DNA of 64,000 bases. Origin: an uncultured Verrucomicrobiae bacterium (GTDB taxonomy: Bacteria; Verrucomicrobiota; Verrucomicrobiia; Limisphaerales; UBA1096). Within the stretch, counting starts at the first letter, position 1. Each line of letters starts with the position of its first letter. Positions 32,484 through 43,012 of the stretch are shown here, in pieces. The position numbers and the translations under genes are program-made. The stretch covers positions 33,901 to 97,900 of the forward strand of contig CALJHX010000010.1 of the NCBI GenBank assembly GCA_937770485.1, written 5' to 3'. Under the pieces are notes generated by a model. The model worked only from the letters and a program-made list of their open reading frames with translations. It searched no databases and was not told the DNA's origin.

Positions 32484-35400
32484 TTACTCTGTCACGGCTC
32501 GTCCGTACTGCTGCGCCTGGTCTGACGGGATCGTCAGCGGGCTTGGTGCATCCACATTCTCCCAAGGACCATTCACCGTCGGCGCCGACTGTAGTGTGCC
32601 TTCAAATGTGATCGTCACCGTGCCGTCTCCGTTGTTCACAACGCTTAGCGCCGGTCCATCTCCACCGCCACCACCGCCGGCAGTCCCGAGCAGTTCGATC
32701 TCAGCAATCTGCATACAGCAGGTGCTCGCTCCCGCTGTTGTCGGGAAGCTCAACTCATAGGTCGTGTAGGCCACATCATTTGCGAAGGATACCTCTTGGC
32801 GCTCGAAACGAGCTCCAAAGGCTGGAACATCTCCCGAGGCTATCTCGGTAAAGGTTGCCCCGCCGTCATTGGATCCCGACAACACAAAGGTCGCTGGGTC
32901 CCTATCCGGCGCATCATTGGCCGATGTCAGCCCCAAACCGCTCACCACTCCACCTCCGGTGGTTATGGTCAAGCCAGATGGGCTGTCATTTGCTCCATCA
33001 AAGTTCAGGTACTTCGTTGACGAGTCGTTATCGATCGCAAATCCGGCATGCTCACCAGCCGGGTGATTATCCGAACTCGGCACAACCGCGTCACCGGCAG
33101 CGCTGATGTCAACTGGCCCTTCAACTACCGGTACCCATGGTGAGAGATAATCTCCACTGATCGGCAGCGCATCTGGAACAATCGCGTCGCCCGTGGTCCA
33201 CGCCACTGCAACGTTGTCTCCTCCGCCACCTTCCTTGTTCAGAATCTCGATGTAGTAGGCCTTGCCTGCTTCCAACGAAATGAACTCAGAGGTTGCTTCG
33301 TCTCCTACCGCCTGATACGCGCGGATCGGCTGCCAACCTGTCTCCTTCGCAATCAACACTCGATTGGAGGGACTCTCATCCGTGCTCAACCACAACTGCG
33401 AGTTGTCATCCGACGCTATGGCAAACTGATAGTCACCAGTAGCTGGCGGATGTAGGAAACCGATCATCTGAACACCGTAGTTGTCCTCCACGTTACCTTC
33501 CGGCTTCGTGTTGATATCTCCAGTCTGCGGCCACTCAATGTAACTCACACTCTCCTCAAAATCAGGAGAATCTGGAAACTTGGAACTAGTAACGAGGTCG
33601 TTGAATCCTCCACTGATACCTTGGTACTGACGCACCGAGATGCTTCCTGCCGCCGTGGCGGGTGCCTTCGTGCCCAGTGTGTAGAGCTCCCATACCGGGA
33701 TCGTGAAGGTCGTCTCAAGCGTCGTCGTCTCGCCTGCGCTATCCTTAAAGGTCGCGCTGACTGTGTGCTCGGTACCCGCTTCAATCGCTCCAGTGCCTGC
33801 AGAGATCGAGTAAGTCTTACCCGACTGCGTCACACCAGAGAACTGTTTGCTCCATGTACCCTCAGATGCCGTTGATTCCAACGCGGCACCACCCAGCGAG
33901 ATCACCACCGAGGCGGCGTCCAGTGTTGTGGCTCCATCTGTCACGTTCAACGTCACTGTCGCCTTAGGATCCATCGAGTTGCCTTCGGCAACACTCACCG
34001 ACGAACTCAGTGCCGACAGAGCCGGTACCGTCACTTTGCCGGCGAAGTACATGCCAGGGATCCCTTCCTGATTTCCGGCCGGGACACTGTCTATATCCTC
34101 ACTCGGCATGCGCCAGCCAACTGTCATCCAGTCGCCTCCACCGCCCTCCTTCAGGATTGCCTCCATGTAGTACTGCTGTCCTTTCACCAGATCCACCGTG
34201 CCCGAAAGGCCTCCGTCGTCCAGCGTGAAGTTTTTGCAGCAACCGTCCTCATGGGCCACCTGAACCGCGTTGGCCGGATCCGTATCGGTGCTGAGCCTCA
34301 ATACGCTAGCGTCATCACTGGCAAGGTAGAACCGGTAGGTACCGCTCTCAGGCGCCGTCAGGATGCCGCTCATCCGACCACCGTAGTTGTCACGGCCATT
34401 ACCATCAAACCCGCCGGCCAACGCTGTGCGCGTGTTCCAACTCGATGCAAACGTCGCCCCATCCGGTGAATCGGGGTAGCGCGCATCGTTGATCAGGTTG
34501 TCAAGGTGTTCCGGGAGATGGCCACCAATGCCGTCCCACCACTCCCATGCGACATGATTATCAAATGTGATTGTTCCATCTCCATTGTTAACCGGACGAT
34601 CCGGCACGCTGATGCTCCAAGCCTTTGAAACCCCATTGTATGAAACATTGGCCGTCGCCGTTCCACTGGCCAATCCGGTCGCCGTACCTGTGATCGTGAT
34701 CGTGGTCCCGTCGGTTGACACCTCGGTGGCAACGTCCTGACCGTTCACGCTCAACTGTGCACCTGTCGCGTCGTCTGCCCTCTTGTAGAGAGTGACAGAG
34801 AGCTGCGCTGAACCGTCTGCAGTAGCCGTGTCAGGCGACGCAGAAACAAAGATCGGATGAGTCGGCGCCGCAGGAAGGATGCTCCTGTCACCCTCGGCCA
34901 GGGCAATGATCTGATCCTCGTCCAGCGCGGAGGCAAACACCGCGAAGTCGTCAATGACACCCCGCAGACTGTTGTTGCCATTCTGGTCACCACCAATGTT
35001 CAGGAAGTTGATGTCGGTCGGCAATGGATTGGTGTTATCTCCATCATGGAAGAGCTCACCATCAATCCAGATCTCCTTCGCGTCCTCGTTCTTGATGAAG
35101 ACGTAGTGATGCCACGTATCGAGCATCTCATCCGTCTCGACGTCACCGTCAACCCATCCACCGATGTCGGCGGCGTTCGCGTTGATCCGCTGTGTGCCGC
35201 CATCGCAACAACCGGCTGTGTCCCAGTAAATCTCGCCGTTGCTCCACGGTACGTGGGCCTGCATCGCACGACCCGGTTCCGCCCAGAAACTAGACGTGCT
35301 CGGGATCGAGTAGTTCTTCTGCCAGAACGCCACCGTCACCGTGTTCACAGATGAAGCAATGTTCAAAAACTCACCAGCGGCAACATGCACATGCTGGTTG

Positions 35401-38400
35401 CCTCCAGCGGTGAAGTCCATCGCCATTCCATCATGCGCGTCATCGGTAAATGCTGCGTCGTTGCGCAGTTCACCCACCAACCCGTACACACTGTCGATCG
35501 TTGTTCCACTTCCCATGTCCAGGTTGAAATCCCAGAACCCTATCGGGTTGGGGCCATCACCAAGTTCATCATGACCAAAGTAGCTCCACGATTTACTCTC
35601 TCCATTCCAGGACAGCGTCACGTTAACCATTCCCTTCGCTCCTCCCGGATTGGCTGTGATCGTCGTGGTGCCCCCATCAGTCGCCAGCGTGTGATCTACC
35701 ACAGCACCATTGACCGAGACTGACACTTCCGTAAAGGCCACTCCACGGTTATTGAACGTCGCCGAAATGCTCGCTGTATCTGCAATCGCCGCCCCAGAGG
35801 GTCCGTTCGAGTTCAGGATCGGTGTACGCGGACCGTCCAGTACTGAGGAGTACGGCGAGAGGTAATCACTTGAAATCGGCAGCGCACCAGGCTCAGGGGC
35901 TGACGGACCATCTTCGGGCAGGCTCCACGCCACCGCCAGGTTGTCTCCGCCGCCGCCTTCATTCACAAAGGCCTCAATGAAGTACACCTGACCCGCTTCC
36001 AGGAAGATCTCCGACGAGGTCGTCTCCGCCCGGTAGTCCCGTACTGGCTGCCAACCACCCTGGCTGGCTATCAACTTCGCGTTGGCCGGACTCTCGTCGG
36101 TCGACAACCACAACTGCCCGTTGTCGTCGCACGCCAGTGCAAAGATATACTCACCGGTCTCCGGCGGGTAAATGTAGCCCATCATGTGCGTACCGTAGTT
36201 GTCACGAACGTTCCCTGCCGGTGGCACCTCAATGTCTCCACTGGCTGGCCACTCAAAGTAAGTCCCCAACGTGCTCACATCCGGTGAATCCGGGAAATTG
36301 GCAGCACCCATGAGTTGGGCAATGCTAGTCCCACCTACACCGTGATACTCGCGAATACTGATCAAACCCTCCGGCTCGGCCGGCACATCACCCGAACGGG
36401 CGTACAATCCCGGCACTTCGAAACTCCACTCGGTCGCACGGGTAATCCCGTTGGATTCCTCAAACGACAAAGAAGCCGTGTGCGCTCCCACCGGAAGCGA
36501 ATCCGGCGAGTAGCTGATCGTCACGATGTCTCCACTCTTGGAGACACTCGCGTCAACCGCTTCGCCGTTCAGGCTCAACACCACCGTGTCCTGCTTGACC
36601 GTCGTGTCCTCATTCTGAACCGTAACTACTACCTCAGAACTCTTGACCATCGTGTCTCCGGGGGTCGGCGATACCGACAACACCTTCGCACGACCAGTCG
36701 TTGCTCGTACCGTCGTGCTCTCATCCACAACCGCACCCTTGATCGTGTAGGCCTTGATCGAGCCCTCCACATCCGGGTCGTTGATCAGCGTCTTCTCGCC
36801 GTTCACATATGAGAATATCTCAATGTTGGCTCCACCGCCGCCTTCCCACCACGCCACGCGATAGGGATACAGTCCCGGCTTGTCCACAAAGATCTCAAAG
36901 TTCGTGTCCGAAGCTCCCCGGCCTCCATTAAACATGCCGACCGTCTGCGCCAGTAGATCACCAAAGTTGGCTCCAAACGATGCGTTGAACCCGTCATCCG
37001 AGTTCACTCCAAACTTGTACGCACCACGTTCCAACTCCAGCAGCGCGATGTACTCAGAGGCGATACCGTCGGTCGAGTCACCCCAGCCAGGGATGCCTGT
37101 AATTGGCTCGTCCTCGTATCCGTTGTCCGCGTTGAAGTTGCCCACCGCACCCGGTGCATCCTGGTTCTGGTTCACCACCTGAACAATCTCAGGATAGTAG
37201 CTCCAGCCCTCAAACGAATCCATGTCCGCCTCGTTCAGGTACTGCTCCTCCGTGTCCACATCGATGTAACCACCGTTAATCTGTTTCTCAGCGTTTACCC
37301 ACTGATTGCCGTGCAGTTCGCCCACGTCCATCTGCCCCACCGAGATCTGCGTCGCGTAAACCAGGAATCCTGACTCACCCTTCATCGAGTCCGGCAGCGC
37401 TACAGTGGTATCAATCGATGTGTAAGGCTTGACCGTGAATTCCTTCTCCAGCTTCGTGCTGTTTCCGTTTGTATCCGTCACAGACACTTTTACGATATGT
37501 ACTGAGTCCGCGGCCAGCAGTTCTGCCGACTCATACGAGACTGCCGTCACCCCTTCGGCCTTCGACTTTGTCACATCGACATCCGCCCCGTCAAAGTTCA
37601 CCGCGATGCTCTCTGGATCCACAGTGGCTCCATCAACATCCTTTACCTGAAAACTAAACCCAACTGCATTGGACACCATTCCGGCCAACCTGGGTTTCGG
37701 AATCGCTCCTCCTGCAGAAATAGTAACGAGAGCCTTGCCGTCCCCACCATTCCAGATCGAGGCAATCTCATCCTCCGTGATCGGGCGATCCCATACTCCG
37801 ACATCGTCTATCATGCCGTGCCAGGTCCTGCCCCGTGCATCGGGGTTATCCCCTATCATCATCGGGAAATCATTGCTTTCAATGCTGGGTGCGCCTGCGG
37901 TTCCTTCAATCTCTCCATCAACATAAAAACGCACCTCGCCGCCGTCCGGATCGCTCACCAATACAATGTGGTGAATCGCCCCATCACTGACATCGGTAGT
38001 GCCCTGTGAGACATCTCCGCTGCCTCCGTTGGCTGTAAAGACACTCTCTCCACCACGACGGTGCACGCGCCACCTGTTGCCTTCGCCCTTGGCAATCAAC
38101 GCCTGCCAGCTCTTGCCGAAGGAATCAACAGTGAACCAAGCCGAGATTGAAAAGCCGGTGCCATCCTGAAAATCAAACATCTCCTCGTTCTCAACCGGTG
38201 TCTCTACAAACTGGTCGACACCGTCAAGGGCGATGCCTTGTCCAAACTGCCCATCAGCGTAGGAAATCTCTTCACCACCCTGACCGGTACCGTGACTGTC
38301 ACCAACGGCGTCATCCAGATCGCCGTCGAATGGCCAGTAGGCTATCAAACCAGGTACTGTCTCGACTGGTCCACCGCTTCCTTCCTCAAGAACGATCTTA

Positions 38401-40414
38401 AAGTTGTCGATGAATTGATTGGCATTGGCTCCGCCTGTCCGTCCCCCGATGGCGATCCGTGCATTTTCAATGGACTCGAAGTCCGGAATGTTGACTGCGT
38501 CATGAATTAATTCGCCATTGTAGGAAATCGTAAGGTCTCCGTCAGGAGTCAGCTCCATTTCCACCGGCCACCAACCTTCGGTATCCAATGTGGATTCGTC
38601 CTGAGTCCCCATCGGCACGGTAGCCACTATCTCTTTCCCCCATTTTATGTCGATCGCGGGTCCTTCCGCAGCGCCATTATCCCAGTTGTCGAAACAGATT
38701 ATCAGCTTTGAACCTCCTGCCCCAGGACCCTCCTCGCCGAATGCCTCAACCGCATCAAAATCATCGGAAATCGACATGCTCAGACCATCGGCCTGGGTGT
38801 CCGTTCCACCGTCAATCAAAATGTCGAAAGTTATTTTGAATTTATCGACTGTTCCGATGTCCTCACTGAGCCATCCACCTAATTGACTATTTTCAGCTCG
38901 CGTTATAACCAAAGCCCCGCTGTCATCAACTCCTTCGTCCTCACTGTGCTCTGCACTCCCGGCTACCTCTGATCCGTCCGGCAAGCCACCGTTGAAATCC
39001 CATGTCACACTTCTTTCCACTGCGACTACAGGTGCCAACTGGACACCATTGATCGGTGCACGAATGCCCTCAATATCCTCTGTCGAGGCAACAAGAACAA
39101 TATTCCTCGCACTCAGACCAGAGAATACCATGTGGGTGCCTTCATCAGCGTGATCCACCCCAGGATCCTCAACATATTCAGTCGGGTTCCTTGGCGAATC
39201 ACCTACCTTTTTCTTGGCCAAAACGTTGCCTTCCGAGTCCTCGATCCAGTAATGACCACCCCGAATAGCTGGTGGCATCTGGTGAGAAGCCACTCCGCCC
39301 AAGGCATACACAATCACGTCGTAGCTCGGCAGTCTGCCGGTATACCGCTAATCGCAACAGTTATCTTAGAGGAATTATTCGTGTCCAGGTAGCCGGTCAT
39401 CATCGTCTTGTCTCCACCGTCTTCGAATTCGATGTTTTCCTCGCCCCACCCGGTCGATGACCATAAGTTTACACTGGACCACTCTACCGTGATCCCCGTT
39501 GAAGATCCGTCGTTTGCTACAACCTCATCAGAGCTTCCAGTCGCACCTGCCAAACTGTTCCAGTTCTGCTGAGCGAAGCCCGGCAGACCGGCCTTGGCCT
39601 CTGCTTCCATTGTGCCTCCGTTGCTGCCATCCGGCGCGTCTGCTCCAAAGTTCAGACCCACGGTTCGGAGCGTAGCATTTTGGGCGGGGATTCCACCACT
39701 GTTCAACGAACCTACCTCATCCGCACTAAGGGCGCGGTCCCATATGGCGATATCGTCAAGCATGCCGTTCCAGTTCTCATTGGCTTGGTCCCCGCCGAAG
39801 TAGAATGGCTGCGGATTTTGGAGTTCACTTGTAAAAGTGCTAGATTCATCCTCTGTGCCATTAGTATAGTGGGTAAATGTGTCCCCTGTCTTGACCACCA
39901 CATGGTGAATCCACTCTCCCTCACTATTGGCCAGATCATCGAATTCGCAGTTCTGTCCACCGCCATCTAGATGAAACTCAAACTTGGTCGGTGTGAACTT
40001 GATGAACTCGCGAGGCGCGAAGTCGACGCCTTCGGGGCCGTAGCGATTACCCAAAACAACATCGTTTGGGCCATTACCACCTGCTTGGTTAATCCAAACT
40101 GACCAGGTAAAGTCGTTATCTTGGGTCATCTGGGGAATCGTTTCCGCTCCTGCATCTGCGTATGCGTCAACCCCATCAAAGGAGAGAACTACTCCCCTGT
40201 CGGGATCATCGACCCACTCCACCCCGTTGTAGAGCTCCGCATCCTCTCCTCCAGCCGAATTGGCGGCGGTGGTCCCGTCGCCTTCATCAAGCGGCCAGTA
40301 ACCTATTAAGCCGTCACTGAGTTGTGCATTCACGCTGGCGATGCCAACGAACATAAATGCCGTCAACATTCCCGCTGCGATAAAGCGACGGGCCGTCATT
40401 AGTTTCTTAATCAT
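32484..40414 (-). pseudogene. Giant secreted LamG/PA14 multidomain surface protein, copy 1, split by a 1-nt frameshift (real lesion or sequence error)
   Basis: ORFs 39314-40414 (signal peptide + LamG) and 32484-39317 join if one base is added at 39331/39332 (GAC-TG CCG AGC TAC GAC GTG = D L P S Y D V); length parity with intact copy 2 also requires +1. Confidence 0.8.
39674..39748. repeat. 75-bp conserved linker between the two variable modules (partner 61295-61369)
   Basis: 74/75 identical; encodes (A)IWDRALSADEVGSLNSGGIPAQNA; flanks differ on both sides. Confidence 0.95.
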
Positions 40415-40698
40415 GGTTTGGTTATAGTTTGGGGTTGGTTTAGGTTTAATAAGTTAACTTCTAAAAAATAAAAATCACAGGTTGTCTGTATATTAACTTT
40501 TTCAAAAAAATATAATTTTTCCTCTAAGTTTAGAATAACTAGTACGTTGTAAGAAAGTTAAATATCTAAAAGCAGGATTTGTCGCAAGCATTTTTTTTGA
40601 ATAAAATTTATTTACATGTTTTTTAGTGGTTTTTCTTAAAAACCATCAAATGTTTAGCCGCCTCACAGTAGGTATTTAGAATTTGCCCTATGCCGACG
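40415..40698 (-). promoter_or_regulatory. AT-rich upstream/promoter region of copy 1, homologous to 62078-62365
   Basis: First ~105 bp almost identical between copies, including palindrome AAGTTAACTT (40451-40460 / 62114-62123); identity decays distally. Confidence 0.65.
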
Positions 40699-41003
40699 CC
40701 CAATCTGGCCAAGCTCAATTTGCACGAGGTGAGGATTCCCAAGGGTTTTGAGCTTGCGAGACTCCCTTTTGGCCAAAGCGGGACATAGAACTAAAGTGAC
40801 ACCCATGGCCAAGTCGGCGACTGCGCTGAGTAAAACGCCACCGTCGGTAACTTCAACGGTCGTATCCATTGCGGCTCCCTTTACTGCAGTAAAAGCCGTC
40901 TTGAGGCCTAAATCAGGCCCAATGGATTTAAAAATTTTGGAAAAAAGGAGAGCCTTCTGATCTGCCCATCTCAACTCCACAGCGAAAACCAAGAACCTAC
41001 AGG

Positions 41004-41828
41004 TCAAGGAGTCTCTACCAAGGCCACACGAAACCCCACGAAGTTGATGCTCATGCCCGGCTCCATCATGAATCGCGAACTGCTCCGTGCGAACTTGGCC
41101 TCATGATACCAACCTCCGCCCTTAAACACCCGGTGTTTCCCCCCCGGTGGCCCTGAGGGATCCACCAGTTGCTCTGCCTTGGGATGTGGGGCGAACCAAT
41201 CCACAACCCATTCCCATACATTGCCGTGCATGTCATACAAGCCATTGGCATTCGGTTTTTTCTGGCCCACCGGGTTGGTTTTGTCGTCGGCATTCTCAGC
41301 GGACCAGGCGTGAGCGTCGGCGTCCGCCTCCGAGTCGCCAAATGAAAACGCGGTTGTGGCCCCGGCCAGGCAGGCGTATTCCCACTCCGCCTCAGTCGGA
41401 AGCCGATAGATCATATTGGTCGCAATGCGCCCCTCCTTTCGGTCACCCTTGGTGAGCGCCTTGCAGAACGCCACCGCCTGCTCAAAACTGACCTTGTCCA
41501 CCGGCAGGGTTTCGCCCTTAAAAAAACTGGGGTTACTGCCCATAAACAACTCGAACTCCAGCTGAGTGACCTCGTGGGTCCCCATCCAGAATCCCCGCGT
41601 GATGCTGACCTGTTGACGAGCATCTGTCACTCGGATGAACTGGCCCGGCTTGAATTCACTCATGCTGATCGAAGGGTTGAACACCACCGGTTTGGGTGCA
41701 ACCGGTGCCGGCGGCGGCGCTTGACCGCCATCGCAACCCGCCATGAAAAAAGCGGATACAACCAGTGCACCCTTGGAAATTGCGGCATAAAAATTGACTG
41801 TGTCTTGGTTACGGCACCACATAATCAT
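41004..41828 (-). CDS. FGE-sulfatase (SUMF1/EgtB/PvdO) domain lipoprotein, probably non-catalytic
   Basis: MAGC lipobox; HEVTQ, YRLPTEAEWEYAC, PNANGLYDMHGNVWEW, GFRV; lacks the FGE catalytic Cys pair. Start uncertain. Confidence 0.85.
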   Translation of the reverse strand: MIMWCRNQDTVNFYAAISKGALVVSAFFMAGCDGGQAPPPAPVAPKPVVFNPSISMSEFKPGQFIRVTDARQQVSITRGFWMGTHEVTQLEFELFMGSNPSFFKGETLPVDKVSFEQAVAFCKALTKGDRKEGRIATNMIYRLPTEAEWEYACLAGATTAFSFGDSEADADAHAWSAENADDKTNPVGQKKPNANGLYDMHGNVWEWVVDWFAPHPKAEQLVDPSGPPGGKHRVFKGGGWYHEAKFARSSSRFMMEPGMSINFVGFRVALVETP

Positions 41829-42090
41829 CTTTGTTTGTGAGCAAAGAAATAAACTGCCACCCCCCATCCGGCCACTCTATTTTGAGGAAAACGGGGCTCT
41901 GCGCGAACAAAAACCTGCGCCCGGCAAGCGCTTGGCCAAGCAGACGTTATCGGTAATGATGGATCGTATGCCGTGTTCCCTCGCTATGCCGATCCACACC
42001 AACGATTGGTGTCACCACGATGTCGAAGCGCTTGTCCCAATTGAAATCCGCCGCCGAAGGGTGCCGGATTCTCGTCCTTGATTGGGCGAC

Positions 42091-42116
42091 AAAAAAAGTC
42101 CGGCTTGAACCGGACT
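42091..42116 (-). terminator. Intrinsic terminator
   Basis: Stem agtccgg/ccggact with A7 on the left (U-tract on minus) downstream of the prepilin-type gene. Confidence 0.75.
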
Positions 42117-42153
42117 CTCATGGGCTAGCTTGGTCAGCTTAAAATAATTTATG

Positions 42154-42957
42154 CTATCGCCGGCCGTACGGAACCGTGGCGCGCGGGCCGAGCCAGTTCT
42201 TCTTGACGGCGGTGGTCTTGGGATCATTCCCAAACTTACTAAAGACAACCTGCTTGGCCTCAGAATGGCCATCGGCAAAAGAGAAGGTCGCCAAGCCGTT
42301 GTGGCTGGAGGCAATCTGGTCACCGGTACCGTGGTCTGGGTAGACGTGAAACCATCCGTCGTTGAGCGTACGTGGTTCCTCGTCGAGCATCACGTAGGTT
42401 TCGCTCGGGTTGGGGATATCACCCATCAACAGGAACTGGCGCCAGCCCGGCGCAAGAGCGTTCTGCGGACCGGGCGCATTCAATACGCCAGCGTCCCCGA
42501 TGAAACAGTTCATGGCGTAGCTGCGCACCCTGGCCTTCCAGCCGGCCGCTCGCTGCTTAGAGGTGAGGAACTTGTCGGAAGGGCACTTGTAGATACCAGA
42601 TGACTTGCCCGTATAGGGGGAGAGCAGTGCCTCCTTGATGAACATTATGTTGGTGTTGTCCTTGGAGAGGAAATGATCCATCACGTTGTTCACCCAGTTC
42701 TGGCGCTTGGCCATTGTCTCACCGATGCCGTGGTTACTGACTAACTTGCCTTGATAATCGTCCGGGTACATCATCCACGCCAGCATCAACTGGCGGGTGT
42801 TGACAAGACAGCTCTGCTGTTTGGCCTTCTCCTTGGCCTTGGCCAAGGCCGGTAACAGCATGCCAGCCAGAATCGCAATAATTGCGATAACCACCAACAA
42901 CTCGATCAGTGTAAACGCCTTAAATGAGGACTTTTCTGAATGCGGGTTAGCTTTCAT
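42154..42957 (-). CDS. Prepilin-type N-terminal cleavage/methylation protein with H-X9-DG motif
   Basis: A|FTLIELL...; YKCPSD; [10 protein letters not shown]; [12 protein letters not shown]. Confidence 0.92.
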   Translation of the reverse strand: MKANPHSEKSSFKAFTLIELLVVIAIIAILAGMLLPALAKAKEKAKQQSCLVNTRQLMLAWMMYPDDYQGKLVSNHGIGETMAKRQNWVNNVMDHFLSKDNTNIMFIKEALLSPYTGKSSGIYKCPSDKFLTSKQRAAGWKARVRSYAMNCFIGDAGVLNAPGPQNALAPGWRQFLLMGDIPNPSETYVMLDEEPRTLNDGWFHVYPDHGTGDQIASSHNGLATFSFADGHSEAKQVVFSKFGNDPKTTAVKKNWLGPRATVPYGRR

Positions 42958-43012
42958 ACGTGTGTTTGTAAATTTCTCAATTCAAAAAATCAAGCAAAAA
43001 TCATGTTAAATT

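Larger units (their letters stand above)
32341..39018. repeat. ~6.7 kb direct repeat, copy 1 (partner 54082-60767)
   Basis: Identical translated body; offset 21749 over the gene and terminator; only two differences noticed in the CDS (36543/58292, 37917/59666), both synonymous. Confidence 0.97.

Noticed and set aside
32341-39018. 6.7 kb repeat as a pure assembly artefact
   Set aside because: Copies differ by two synonymous SNPs, an indel in the flank, distinct modules and diverged promoters. Not fully excluded without reads.
39314-39340. Programmed ribosomal frameshift or phase-variable tract
   Set aside because: No slippery heptamer or homopolymer at the break.
40663-41007. 114-aa minus ORF / 70-aa plus ORF
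   Set aside because: No recognisable motif; runs into the duplicated promoter region; cannot be supported as a gene.
41004-41867. Active formylglycine-generating enzyme, or DGR target
   Set aside because: Catalytic Cys pair absent (KGGGWYHEAKFARSSSR); no sulfatase, template repeat or RT seen.
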